Shown in pieces: positions 23,790-36,309 of a DNA stretch of 64,000 bases. Location: assembly GCF_963921235.1 (NCBI RefSeq), contig NC_086097.1:123692001-123756000 (forward strand), read 5' to 3'. Position 1 is the first letter of the stretch; every line of letters starts with the position of its first letter. Below the pieces are notes generated by a model. That model had not been told where the DNA came from and did not search any database. It worked only from the letters and a program-made list of their open reading frames with translations. The stretch is from Mobula hypostoma. Lineage: Eukaryota. The position numbers were made by a program, and so were the translations under genes.

Positions 23790-26378
23790 AAGCTTTTAAA
23801 AAAAACAACAGAAGACAAAGAAAAAAGCCATAAGGAGGGAAAAGATGAAATACTAAGGTAAGCTAGCTAATAATATCAAAGAAGATACCAAAAGTTTTTT
23901 GAGATATAGAAAGAGTAACAGAGAGGTGAGATTAGATGTCGGACTGCTGGAAAATTACGCTGGAGAGATAGTAATGGGGTTCAAAGAATGAGAATCAGGT
24001 TTAATATCACCGGTGTATGTCGTGAAATGCCGGGCGACCTTAGTAAGTATTTTGCGCTAGTCTTCACTGTGGAAGGCAGTAGCAGCTTGCTGGAAATTTG
24101 AGAGTGTCAATGGGGAGAAGTGAGCTTAGTTGCAATTACTAAGGACAAAGTGCTTGAAAAGCCAAAAGATCTGAAGGTAGATCAGTCACATGAACCAGAT
24201 AGACTACAGGTTTCTTTAAGAGGTGGCTGGGGAGATTGTGGAGGCATTAGTAATGATCTTTCAAGAATCTCTAGATTCTGGAATTGTACCGGAGGATTGG
24301 AAAATTGCAAATGTCACTCCACTCTTTAAGAAGGGAGGGAGGCAGAGGAAAGGAAATCTTAGGCCAGTTGGCCTGATTTCACTGGTTGGGAAGATGTTGG
24401 AGTCTATTAAGGATGAGGTCTCATGGTACTTGAGGTACATGATAAAGTAGGCCGCCAAAGTCAGCATGGTTTCCTCAAGGGAAAATCTTGCCTGATGAAT
24501 CTTTAGATTTAGATTGGATTATGAGGACACGCGGTCCTCTTTTATTGTCATTTACTAATGCATGCATTAAGAAATGATACAATGTTCCTCCAGAATGATA
24601 TCACAGAAACACAAGATAAACCAAGACTTGAAAAACTGACAAAAACCACATAATTGTAACATATAGTTACAACAGTGCAAAGCAATACCATAATTTGATA
24701 AAGAACAGACCATGGGCATTGTAAAAAAAAAAGTCCCATCATCTCACACAGATGGTAGAAGGAAGAAAAAACTCTCCCTGCCATGAGCTTCCAGCGCCGC
24801 AAACTTGCCGATGCAGCCAACTCTTGAGTCCGTCCAAAAACTTCGAGCCTCCGATCAGCCCTCCGACACCAAGCACCATCTCTGCCGAGCACTTCGACCC
24901 CGGCCCCGGCCGCTAAACAATAGGCAAAGCCGAGGATTTGGGGCCTTCCCCTCCGGAGATTCTCGATCGCACAGTAGCAGCGGCAGCGAAGCGGCATTTC
25001 AGAAGTTACTCCAGGTGTTCCTCCGTGCTTCTCACATCTGTCCCCATCAAATCAGGATTGTGCATGGTGCCTACTTACAAATACGATATCATTTCTGAGC
25101 GGCCGTGCGCGCTGCGTTGCGCTGCCATCTTCTTCTCCCCTCTTTTGGAATTTTTTAAAGCAATAATGAACAGGATAGTCAAAGGAGAATCTGGATGTTG
25201 TGAACTTGAAATTTCAGAAGGCCTTTGACAAGGTACCAAACAGGAAGCTGCTAACAAGTTAAGAGCCCATGTTATCACAGGAAAGTTACTAGCATGGATA
25301 GAGCATTGGCTGATTGGCAGGATGCAAAGAGTGCAACCTTTTCTGGTTGGCTGCCAGTGACTAGTGGTATTCTGCAGGGGTTGATGTTGCGATTGCATCT
25401 TTTTATGTTATATGTCAATGGTTTGGATGATGGAATTGATGTCTTTGTGGCCAAGTTTGTGGACGTCACAAAGATAGGTGGAGGGGCAGGTAGTGTTCAG
25501 GAAGTAGGGAGGCTGCAGAAAGACTGAGACAGTTCAGGAGAATGGGCAAAGATGTGGCAAATGGAGTATAGTGTCGGGACATGTATGGTCTCGCACTTTG
25601 GTAAAAGAAACAAAAATGCAGACTATTTTCTAAATGGACAGAAAATTCAAAAATCCAAGGTACAAAGGGACTTGGAAGTCCTCGTGCAGGATTCCCTAAA
25701 TGTTAACTTGCAGGTTGAGTTGGTGGTGAGGGAGGCAAATACAACTTTAGCATTCATTTCAAGAGGACTAGAATATAAAAGTGAGAATGTAATGCTGAGG
25801 CTTTATAAGGCACTGGTGGGGCCTCACTTGGAGTATTGTGAGCTGTTTTCGACCCCTTATCTAAGAAAGGAGGTGCTGACATTGGAGAGGATTCAGTGGA
25901 GGCCCTTGAGAATGATTCCAGGAATGAAAGGGTTATCGTATGAGGAACGTTCGATGGCGCTGGGCGTGTACTTGCTGGAATTTAGAACAATAGGGGTGGA
26001 ATCTCATTGAATCTATTGAATGTTGAAAGGCCTAAATAGAGTTTATGTGGAGAGGATATTTCCTATAGAGGGGGAAGTCTAGGACCAGAGGGCTCATTCG
26101 TAGAGGGACGTCCATTTGGAATGGAAATGAGGAATTTCTTCAGCAAGAGGGTGGTGAATCTGTGGAATTTGTTGCCACAGGTGGCTGTGGAGGCCAGGTC
26201 ATTGGGTGTATTTAAGGTGGAGGTTGATAAAGTTCTTGATTAGTCAGGATGTGAATGGTTACGGGGATAGGCAGGAGAATGGGGTTGAGAGAGAAAATGG
26301 ATCAGCCTTGATGAAATGGCGGAGCAGATTCAATGGGCCAAATGGCCAAATTCTGCTCCTATTTTTTATGGTCTTATG
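23790..26378 (+). mobile_element. CR1 LINE fragment (RT to 3' end)
   Basis: ORFs 24223, 25294 and 25552 carry CR1 RT motifs; 3' end ctcctattttttatggtcttatgg. Confidence 0.85.
24505..25141 (-). mobile_element. Young GC-rich SINE/L2-tailed non-autonomous retroelement inserted in CR1
   Basis: Interrupts CR1 between aatcttt and ttggaatt; short-repeat tail agatttagatt and tttatt at the left end; CpG-rich head at the right end. Confidence 0.65.
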
Positions 26379-28625
26379 GTAACCTTTGATGCCTTGACTA
26401 ATCAAGAACCTATTAAACTCCACCTTAAATATAATCAATGACTTGGCCTCCACAGCCATCTGTGGCAATGAATTCCACAGATTCACTCCCCTCTGGCTAA
26501 AAGAAATTCCTCCTCATCTCTGTTCTAAATGGATGTCCCTCTATTCTGAGGCTGTGCCCTCTGGTCCTAGACTCACCTACTTAGGAAGCGTCCTCCCCCC
26601 ATATCCACTGTTTTCAGACCTCTCAATATTCGATAGGTTGCAATGAAATACAGCCTTGTTCTTCTAAACTCCAGCGATTACAGACTCGGAGCCATCAAAT
26701 GCTCTGTATACGTTATCTCTTTCATTCTTGGACTCATTCTCATGAACCTCCTCTGGACCCTCTCCAATACCAACACCTCTTTTCTTCGATATGGAGCACA
26801 CAATTGCTCGCAATACTCCATGTAGTCTGACCAATGTCTTGTAGAGCCTCAGTATCACACCCTTGCTCTAATATTCTAGTCCTCTCAAAATGAATGCTAG
26901 CGTTGCATTTGCCTTCCTTACCCTGACTCAACCTGCAAGTTAATCTTTAGGGAATCTTGCACAAAGTCTCCCAAGTCCCTTTGCAAATATTGTCCCTAGT
27001 AAATATTGTATGCGTTTATTCCTTCTACCAAAGTGCATGACCATACACTTCCCAATGCTATATTCCATCTGCCGCTCCTTTTTCCATTCTCCCAATCTGA
27101 CTAAGTCCTTCTGCAGACTCCTTGCTTCCTCAACACTATCTGCCCCTCCACCTGTCTTTGTCTTGTCTGCAAACTTGGCCACAAAGCCATCAAATCCGTC
27201 ATCCCAACCGTCGATTTGTAATGTGAAAAGAATCCCAATACAGAGTTCTACAGAACACCACTAGTCACCAGCAGCCAACCAGAAAAGACCCCCTCTATTC
27301 TCACTTCTTCCCTCCTGCCAGTCAACCAATCTTTTATCTATGCTAGTATTTTTCCTGTAATACCATGGGCTCTTATCTTGTTAAGCAAACTCATGGAGGC
27401 ACCTTGTCAAAAGCCTTATGAAAATCCAAGTAAACAGCATCCACTGACTCTCCCATGTCTATCCTGCCTGTTATTTCCTCAAATAATCGCGACAGATTTG
27501 CCAGGCAAGATTTTCCCTTAAGGAAACCATGTTGGTTCAGGTGAATCTGGCCTACTTTATCATGTACTTCAAGTACCCTGAGACCTCATCCTTAATAGAC
27601 TCCAACATCTTCCCGACCAGTGAAATCAGGCTAACTGGCTTGAAATTTCCTTTCCTCTGCCTCCCTCCCTCCCTTAAAGAGTGGAGTGACATTTGGAATT
27701 TTCCAGTCCTCCGGAACCATTCCAGAATCTAGTGATTCCAAGATCATTACTAATACCTCCACAATCTCCCCAACCACCTCTTAAAGCAACCTGTAGTCTA
27801 CCTGGTTCATGTGACTGATCTACCTTCATACCTTTCAGCTTCTCAAGCACCTTGTTCTTAGAAATAGCAACTATGCTCACTCCTGCCCATGGACACACTT
27901 GAATTTCCGGCATACTGCTAGTGCCTTCCACATGAAGTCTGACGCAAAATACTTATTAAGTTCGACCACCATTTCTTTGTTCCCTAGTACTATCTCTCCA
28001 GCGTAATTTTCTTGTGGTTGGATATCTACTCTCGCCTCTCTTCTACTCTTTATATATCTGAACAATCTTTTGGTATCCTCTTTTATATTACTGGCTAGCT
28101 TATCTTCTCATTTCAACTCTTCTCTCCTTGTAACACAAAAATACTTGAGGAACTCAACAGGCTAGGCAGAATCTTTGGAAAAGAGTACAGTCAAAGTTTC
28201 AGGTCAGGACCCTTCATTAGGATTGTGTGTTTTTGCATGTGTTGCTTAGATTTCCAGCATCTGCAGATTTTCTCTTGTTTTCTCTTCTTGTGTTTTTTTT
28301 AGTTGCCTTCTGTTGGTTTCTAAAAACTTCTAAATTCCCATTATTTTTCTGACATGTTATATGCCCTCTATTTTGCTTTTTTTTGTGCTTGACTTCCATT
28401 GTCATCCATGGTTGTCTTATCCTCCCTTTAGAATAATACTTCATCTTTGGGATATATCTATCCTGCACCTTCGAATTACCCCCAGAAACTCCAGTCATTG
28501 CTGTTCTATTGTCATCCCTGCTAGTGTCCCTTTCCAATCAATTTTGGACAGCTTCTCTCTCATGCCTCTGCAAACCGCTTTACTCTACTGTAGTACTGAT
28601 ACATCTGACTTTAGCTTCTCTCTCT
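26379..28625 (-). mobile_element. CR1 LINE fragment; its extreme 3' end appears displaced to ~23640-23752
   Basis: ORFs 26259, 26664, 26940 and 27877 (-) carry CR1 motifs. Confidence 0.85.
28132..28279. mobile_element. Old mini-PLE with inverted structure
   Basis: Minus-strand PLE repeat followed by plus-strand tail atttccagcatctgcagattttctcttgttt; imperfect TSD ttctctccttgt/ttctcttcttgt. Confidence 0.7.
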
Positions 28626-29875
28626 CATACTGCATCACTGCTCATGTCATACCTGCCAATCTCAAACTGTGCTACAACATCACCTACCATGTTCTGTATT
28701 CTTCATACATTCAATTATAACACCTCCAGTCCTTTAAACTGAGTAATTTTAGGACAGTGAGTCTGGTCTTGTTACATGCTCTTAGAATTCAAAATCATGC
28801 TATAAAATGAATGAGCTTCTTAGAAATGTTCAGGTTAATTTAGGCAGCTGGATCATTTGATAAAAGGCTAAAAGTTCACAGATACAGAAGTTTTGATAAA
28901 ATTGGCAATGAGATACTGTTGGTAAGGAGCTCATCCAGATCAGGGATGAGTTTAGATAAATTGGTATTGCTGAAAGGAATTGGAATGATTGAACCCAAAG
29001 GTCAGTGCTAACAAATTTAGACATTGAAAAATGATAAAAGGATCTTTAGCTTTTAAATGGGAAGAATGGATAACAAATATAAAGTAACTATAAATTTGTA
29101 CAGATCAATTTGTTAAAGGAGCAAAAGGCATCATAGAAGTTTACCAGATTGATTGCTAGATGTAGGAAATAATAGTTGAACGAAATTCACTGGAACAATT
29201 TCCATTGGAGTAGAGAAGACCAAGTGGAGATTTATTAATGGAAAAATAAGATTTTGGTAACAAATTGGTGAAAAACATTCCTCAAGTACTAAATCTGTGC
29301 AGAGGTGTTGCGATGGGAGTGGGGGAAGGTCGACCATTTTGCTAAAGGAAGAATTCAAACGCTATTGTTTTAAATATTTTTGTTTGCAGTATGGAAGCTA
29401 AGTTGTAGCAAGAACTTACTGAGGTACAGACAGTTGAAGTATTGCAAAAAAAAAAATGGGGGAAGACAGTTGACATCATTTTCAGCTGTTCCAGTAAAGC
29501 TAATACCAACATTCTGGGCTAAATGGCCTCGTGCTGTAAACTTGTATGGTTCAGTGTGTTAGCGTAGCAGAATGTTGATCAGTTCCTCTAGTGTTTTAAC
29601 ATTACATTGCATCGTTGAATGAAATAGCAAGGAAATAACTTGATGCACAGACTTTCCTGAGTTTAGGCCTTGTGCTTTCACTCATTGATCATTCAACAAG
29701 TATAATAAAGATCTGAAATTAATTATTCTAGAGATTAAAGGGATTAGCGTTACTTGTCACATTTACATCGAAACATACAGTGAACTGCATCGTTTGCGTC
29801 AAATCAAATCAGCAAGGATTATGCTGGGAACCACAAATGTTGCTATGCTTCCAGCACCAACATAGTATGTCCACT

Positions 29876-30526
29876 TAAAAACGCAGATGCAGATGCTGGA
29901 AATTCAAGCAACACACATCAAAGTTGCTGGTGAATGCAGCGGGCCAGGCAGCATCTCTAGGAAGAGGTACAGTCGACGTTTCGGGCTGAGACCCTTCGTC
30001 AGGACTAACTGAAAGAAGAGCTAGTAAGAGATTTGAAAGCGGGAGGGGGAGGGGGAGATCCAAAATGATAGGAGAAGACAGGAAGGGGAGGGATGGAGTC
30101 AAGAGCCGGACAGTTGATTGGCAAAATCAACTCCCCGCCTCCCCCTCGTACCCCATCCGTTATTTATTTATATACACACATTCTTTTTCTCTCTCTCCTT
30201 TTTCTCCCTCTGTCCCTCTCACTATACCCCTTGCCCATCCTCTGGGTTTCCCCCCCTCCCCCTTTTCTTTCTCCCTGGGCATCCTGTCCCATGATCCTCT
30301 AATATCCCTTTTGCCAATCACCTGTCCAGCTCTTGGCTCCATCCCTCCCCCTCCTGTCTTCTCCTATCATTTTGGATCTCTCCCTCCCCCTCCCACTTTC
30401 AAATCTCTTACTAGCTGTTCTTTCAGTTAGTCCTGACGAAGGGTCTCGGCCCGGAACATCGACTGTACCTCTTCCTAGAGATACTGCCTGGCCTGCTGCG
30501 TTCACCAGCAACTTTGATGTGTATTG
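29876..30526. mobile_element. Inverted (hairpin) PLE made only of terminal repeats
   Basis: Minus arm 29876-30126, plus arm to 30526; 14-bp TSD atagtatgtccact/atagtatatccact (29862-29875, 30527-30540). Confidence 0.9.
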
Positions 30527-31032
30527 ATAGTATATCCACTACTTACAAACCAAAAACGTATTCCTTTGGAATGTGGGAGGAAACCAGAGCAACCAGAGGA
30601 AACCCACATGGTCATGGGGAGAACACAGAAACTTTGTACAGACGTAGGCAGGAATGGAATCCCGATTGGTGATTATTGCTCTTTAGAGTGATTGTGCTAA
30701 CTGCTACATTATTGTGCTACCCTTAAGTGCTGGAACTCCCAGCAAGTAGCTCTCTGCCACTTGATACCAGCTACCAATCTTGCTCTGTTAATTCATCACT
30801 CTGTGTACGCACACAATTCCAGAAACTTGTCAGCATTTGCACTGAAAAGTGCTAGTGGTCCTATGTCTCTGAATCATGAATGTATTTAACAATTATTAAT
30901 CAGTAAACAATGAGTGAATCTGGGGAAACATGTTAATTATTTTTATGAAATTGCTAAGATTTTTTTTGTTTAATGGAAAGGGAAAATGGAGAATTATTTG
31001 GCATTAATCATTTGGCATTCTGCTCCCTTCAG

Positions 31033-31110
31033 GAGAAGTTCTTTGAAGTGGCCTCAGAAATGATTGTGTACACCTACTTCTTTTCTGCTTCAGAGGATGC
31101 TTTGCCGCAG
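31033..31110 (+). CDS. TMX3: TMX3 coding exon (EKFFEVASEMIVYTYFFSASEDALPQ)
   Basis: cccttcAG acceptor, GTaaac donor; 78 nt, phase 0 to 0; lies inside ORF 30973..31164. Confidence 0.93.
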
Positions 31111-31769
31111 GTAAACTTCTCAAATTACTTAAGGAAGCCCAGTGATAGTTGTTCCGTGATGTAAATGCCATTATGCGGGAGATAGCTAGAAGGACCTCAA
31201 AGCAGCATCATTGTGGCCCTTTTTCCCCTTCTCAAAATGGTTTCAATTATGCTACAGGTGAACAGTTTTTATTTTTATAAAGTTTCTCACCTTTCATGTT
31301 TGAGTCATAGAATTATTCATATTGTAGTTTAATTCTTTATATACATTATTTATTACATTTCATTACCGCTAAGTTAACACTTAAAGAGAATTGCATGAAT
31401 GAATTGAAATCTGACCACTGTGGAAGAAATAAGTTTCCTGCAATGCGAGTTCAAGATACTTCAGGGAGCTTGGGATGTATAATTTGGTTCCTGAAATATT
31501 GATTTACCTAGTCAATACCTTACATTATAGCTACTTGTGGAAGTTCTGGGGGAAAAATCAATCAAAGTAAATAGTGATATCAAAGTTGATCTTTTTGGTG
31601 AACGGTGACTTGTTATATAAAAATATATAAATAAGGCACTTCTATCAGTGAAATTATAGTCAAAGACAGCAAAAAAAACAAGCTAAAAATAACTGTAGTC
31701 ATAATTCATGAGCTTACCTTTCATTTTAGTTAACTCAAATTTAACACGATGAGTTAAGGCAATGCAAAA

Positions 31770-32645
31770 CACTACAGCACAGTACAGTCCTTTTGGCCCA
31801 CGATGTTGTGACAACATGATAACCTACTCAAAAATCAATTTGATACCTCCCTCCTACAGTAGCCCTTAGTTTTTCTTTCATCCATGTACCTACGTGTCGA
31901 AGATTCTCTTAAATGTGCCTAATGTATCTGCCTCCACCACCATGCCTGATGGCCTGTTCCATGCACCCACCACTCTATATATTTAAAAGAAACTTTCCTT
32001 TAACATCCCCCTTCTATACTTTCCTCCCAACACCTTAAAGTTATGCCCCCTTGTGTTAGCCATTTCTGGCCTGGGAAAATGTATCTTGCTTTCCACTCAA
32101 TCTATGTCTGTTATAATCTTGTTCACCTCTGTCAGTTCAGCTCTCATCCTCCTCCCCTCCAAGGAGAAAAGCCCTAGCTGCTCAACCTATCGTGGAAACG
32201 TATGCTTTCTAATTCAGTCATCATCCTAGTAAATCTCCTCTGAACTCGATGCTCCAAGTGTGGTATAGAGTTGTAAGGTTACCTTGCAACTGTTGAACTC
32301 AATTCCCCAACTAATGAAGGGCAACACACCATATACCTTCTTAACCACACTATCAACTTGCATGGCATCTTCTAGCGATCTATCAACACAAACCCCAAGA
32401 TCACTCCATTCCTCCACAGTGTTAAGACTGCTGCCGTTAACCTTGTATTCTGCCTTGAAGTTCGACCTTCCAAAGTGAACTACTTCATACTTTACTGGAT
32501 TTAACTCCATCTGCCACTTCTCAGCCAAGTTCTTCATCCTATCTGATACTTGTTGTAACCTACAACAACCATCTACACTGTCCACGCTACCAACAACTTT
32601 TGTGTCATCTGCAAACTTAGTAACACACTCTTCTGCTTCCTCATC
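31770..32645 (-). mobile_element. CR1 LINE 3' fragment (older subfamily)
   Basis: ORF 32226..32585(-) KWQMELNPVKYEVVHFGRSN. Confidence 0.8.
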
Positions 32646-32646
32646 T

Positions 32647-33025
32647 GAGGGTGGTGGGGTGGTGATACCTCTCTACCAAAGGAGGTGTAAGGCGATCCTT
32701 CCCTCTGCTAGCCTGCAGGTCACCCTTGGCAAGGTGTAGCACCTACTTAGACCCCCTGATCAGAGTCACGTGAAGCCATGGGAGCAGGTTGAGATGTTCG
32801 CATGAGCAGCTGGTGCATATCACATGTCCTGGTTATGCGAACACTGATGCCAGGTAGAAATCTCTGAAGAGCATTGGTAATGGCTTGGGTCACCTACCTG
32901 GTAAAGACACTGCCCAGAAGAAGGCAATGGCTAACTGATTCTGTAGAAAAATTTTTCAGGAACAGACATGGTCATGGAAAGAACATGATCACCCACGTCA
33001 TACGAAATGGCACATAACGAACGAA
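32647..33025 (+). mobile_element. RTE/BovB-related SINE-like element
   Basis: Contains gaagaaggcaatggc, similar to the BovB/RTE 5' motif, and ends in an (ACGA)n tail. Confidence 0.6.
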
Positions 33026-33489
33026 TGGCTCAAATTCAACATTGTTACATAACTAGCCTTTCCTGTTTATGTCACAACTAGCTAGATTAGCTATGTAGAT
33101 TTGATGCAAGTTCATCAACGTCTAACGTAGGTGTTTCTAACCTGTCGGGAATTTCCAGCATCCTCATTGGTTTCATATTTCCAACATCAACAGTGTTTTG
33201 ACTCTGAATTCCGGTAATGCACGAAATGCTGAAATACTTCACATTTCAAAAGTTTGAAGTAATTTTATTACCAAAGTACACGTATGTCACCGTAAACAAC
33301 TTTGACATTCGTTTTCTTGCGGACATACTCAGTAAATCCAAGGACCATAATAGAATCAATGAAAAACCGCACCCAACGGGGCAGACAAACAATCAATGAG
33401 CAAACAACAACAAACTGTGCAAAGACAAAAGGAAAAAGAAATAATAAATAAATATTGGGAACATGAGATGAACAGCCCTAGAAAGATAC

Positions 33490-36270
33490 AAGACATTGGA
33501 GCAGAATTAGGCTATTTGGTCCATTAAGCCTGCTCTGGCATTTCATCATGGCTGATTTATTTTTCCTCTGAGCCCCAATCTCCAGCCTTCTCCCCCTATC
33601 CCTTCATACCATGACTAATCAAGAACCTATCAACCTCTGCCTTAAATATACTTAAAGACTTGACCTCCACAGCTGCTTGTTGCAAAGAATTCCACAGATT
33701 CACTGCTCTCTGGCTAAAGAAGTTCCTCCTCATCTCAGTTCTAAAACAACGCCCCCCTATTCTGAGGTTGTGTCCTCTGGTCTGAGACTTTCTCACCATA
33801 AGAAACATCCTCTCCATATCCACTCTATTAAGGCCTTTCACCATTTGATAGGTTTCAATAAGGTCACCATTCATTTTTTGAATTCTGGTGAATACAGGCC
33901 CCAAGCCATCAAATGCTCTTCATATGACAAACCATTCAATCATGGAATCATTTTTATGAGCCTTCTTTGAACTCTCCGCAGTTTCAACATATCCTTTTTA
34001 AGATGAGGTGTCCAACTCTGCCCACAATACTCTGTGAAGCCTCACCAGTGCTTTGTAAAGTCTCAACATTACATCCTTTCTTTTGTATTCTAGTCCTCTT
34101 GGGTGTATGGGGTGTCAGGGAGGGGTAGCACCTCTGGTGGGGGAACATGTCGCGTCCTTTTCAGGGCGGTTAGTCCACCTTTGGTCCCCACCTGGCACTC
34201 AGCTCTCACCTGTGGCTCCCCGTAGCTGCTTGCATGCGACAGCGACCACACCCTGGGCAACGGCTTCGACAAGCCGGCTAAACCAGGTGAGGGTAGCCGA
34301 CGGGTCTCAAACCCTCGGTGAGATAGGGAGTTGTCTATCCCAGCATGTGAAGACAGACTCCGGCGGATTGAGCGGACGAGACCAATGGAAGGTCCAACAG
34401 TCAAGAAGGCGGTCTCTGCAAGCGTCGTGGAACGTATAGAGCAGGACAAGACACAGAAGACGTCCTGGTCATCCACTGTGCACCTAGTCCCATCTCCAGC
34501 TGTCTAGACTCTGTCTTGCCACTGGATCCAGATGGGAATTGGGAAGAGAGAGTGAGGCTGACGCTGCACAACTCTCCCTCACTTAAATCCAAATCACGCG
34601 CTAGTCTCGACACCATCTTAATGGTGTCGAGGTCCTCATCGACGTTAACGATGGACGAACAACCAACCAACCAGTCCTCTTGAATGCTAACATCGCACCT
34701 GCCTTTCTCACCATAGACACAACCTGCAAATTGACCTTTTAGGGAATCCTGCACAAAGACTCCCAAGTCCCTTTGCGCCTCAGTTTTCTTTTGTATTTTC
34801 TCTCCATTTAGAAAATAGTCAAACCTTTCATTTTTTCTAAGACCTTCTGTAGCCTCTCTATTTCATTAAAACTACCTGCCCCTCCACCTATCTTCATATC
34901 ATCTGCAAACTTTGCAAAAAAGCCATTAATTCCATCATTCAAATCATTGACATAAGAATTGGTCCCAACACAGACCCCTGTGGAACACCACTGGTCACCG
35001 GCAGCCAACCAGAAAAGACTCCCTTTATTCCCACTCTGCCTCTTGCCAATCAGCCACTACTTTATCCATGCTAGAATCTTTCCTGCAATACAATAGGCTC
35101 GTAGCTTATTAGGTGGCCTCATGTTTGGCACCTTGTCAAAGGCTTTCTGAAAATCCAAGTACAAAACATGAACTGATTCTCCTTTGTCTATCCTGTTTGC
35201 TATTTCTTCAAAGATTTCCAACAGATCTGTCAGGCAAGATTTTCCCTTGAGGAAACCATGCTATGGCCTGTTTTGTCATGTGCCTCCAAGTACCCCAAAA
35301 CAACATCCTTACCAATCAATTCCAACAGCTTCCCACTGCTGAGGTCAGACTAACTGGCCTATAATTTCCTTTCTTCTGCCTCTCTCTCTTCTTTTACCTT
35401 AAAAAAAAATCTGCAATTTTCCAGTCTTCCAGAACCTTTCCAGAATCTAGTGATTCTTGAAAGATCATTACTAATACCCCAACAATCTCTTTAGCCACAT
35501 CTTTCAGAATGCTGGGGTGTACACCATCTGGTCCAGGTGACTTATCTACCTTCAGACCTTTCAGATTCCCAAGAACCATCTCCCTAATAATAGTAACCGT
35601 CTTAATGACTTTTTTAGTTTTAGTTTTTAAAAACTTCCCAAACCTCTAACTTCCCACTAGTTTTTGCTCTGTTATATGCTCTCTCTTTGGCTTTTATGTT
35701 GGTCTTGACTTCTCTTGTTAGCCACGGTTGTGTCATCTTTCCTGTAGAATACTTCTTCCTCTTTGGGATGTATATATCCTGTGTTTTCTGAATTGCTTCC
35801 AGTAATAATAGCCATTACTTTTCTGCCATCATCCCTTCCAGTGTTCTTTTCCGGTCACTTCTGGCCAGCTGTTCTTCTCATGCCTCTGTAATTCCCTTTA
35901 CTCTACTGTAATACTGATACATCTAACTTTAGCTTCTTTTCAAAATTCAAGGTGAATTCGACCATATTGTGATCACTTTCCTTTAAGGGTTCTTTTACCT
36001 TAAGCTCTCTAGTCAATTCCGGTTGATTGCACAATACCCAATCCAGAATAGCTGATCCTCTAGGGGCTCAGCCATGAGCTGCTCTAAAAAGCCATCTCAT
36101 AGGCATTCTAGAAATCCCCCTCTCGGAATCCAGCTCCAGCCTGATTTTCCGAATCTACCTGCATATTTAAATCCCCCATGACTATTATAACATTGCCCTT
36201 TTAGCATGCACTTTGTATCTCCCATTGTAATTTGTAGACCACAAGCTTACTACTGTTTGGAGGTCTGTAT
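33490..36270 (-). mobile_element. CR1 LINE fragment (endonuclease to 3' end)
   Basis: ORFs 33596(-), 34808(-, FADD) and 35394(-, KSPGPDGVHP). Confidence 0.85.
34102..34672 (+). mobile_element. Young SINE-like non-autonomous retroelement, probably RTE-mobilised
   Basis: Perfect 10-bp TSD agtcctcttg (34092-34101, 34673-34682); (CAAC)n tail; CpG-rich. Confidence 0.85.
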
Positions 36271-36309
36271 GTCCATTCAGTCAATGATGGAGCACATGAA
36301 GTTGAATGA

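Noticed and set aside
30425..30465. Fourth sense-strand hammerhead
   Set aside because: Core is mutated (GGAACATC instead of GAAACGTC), so probably inactive
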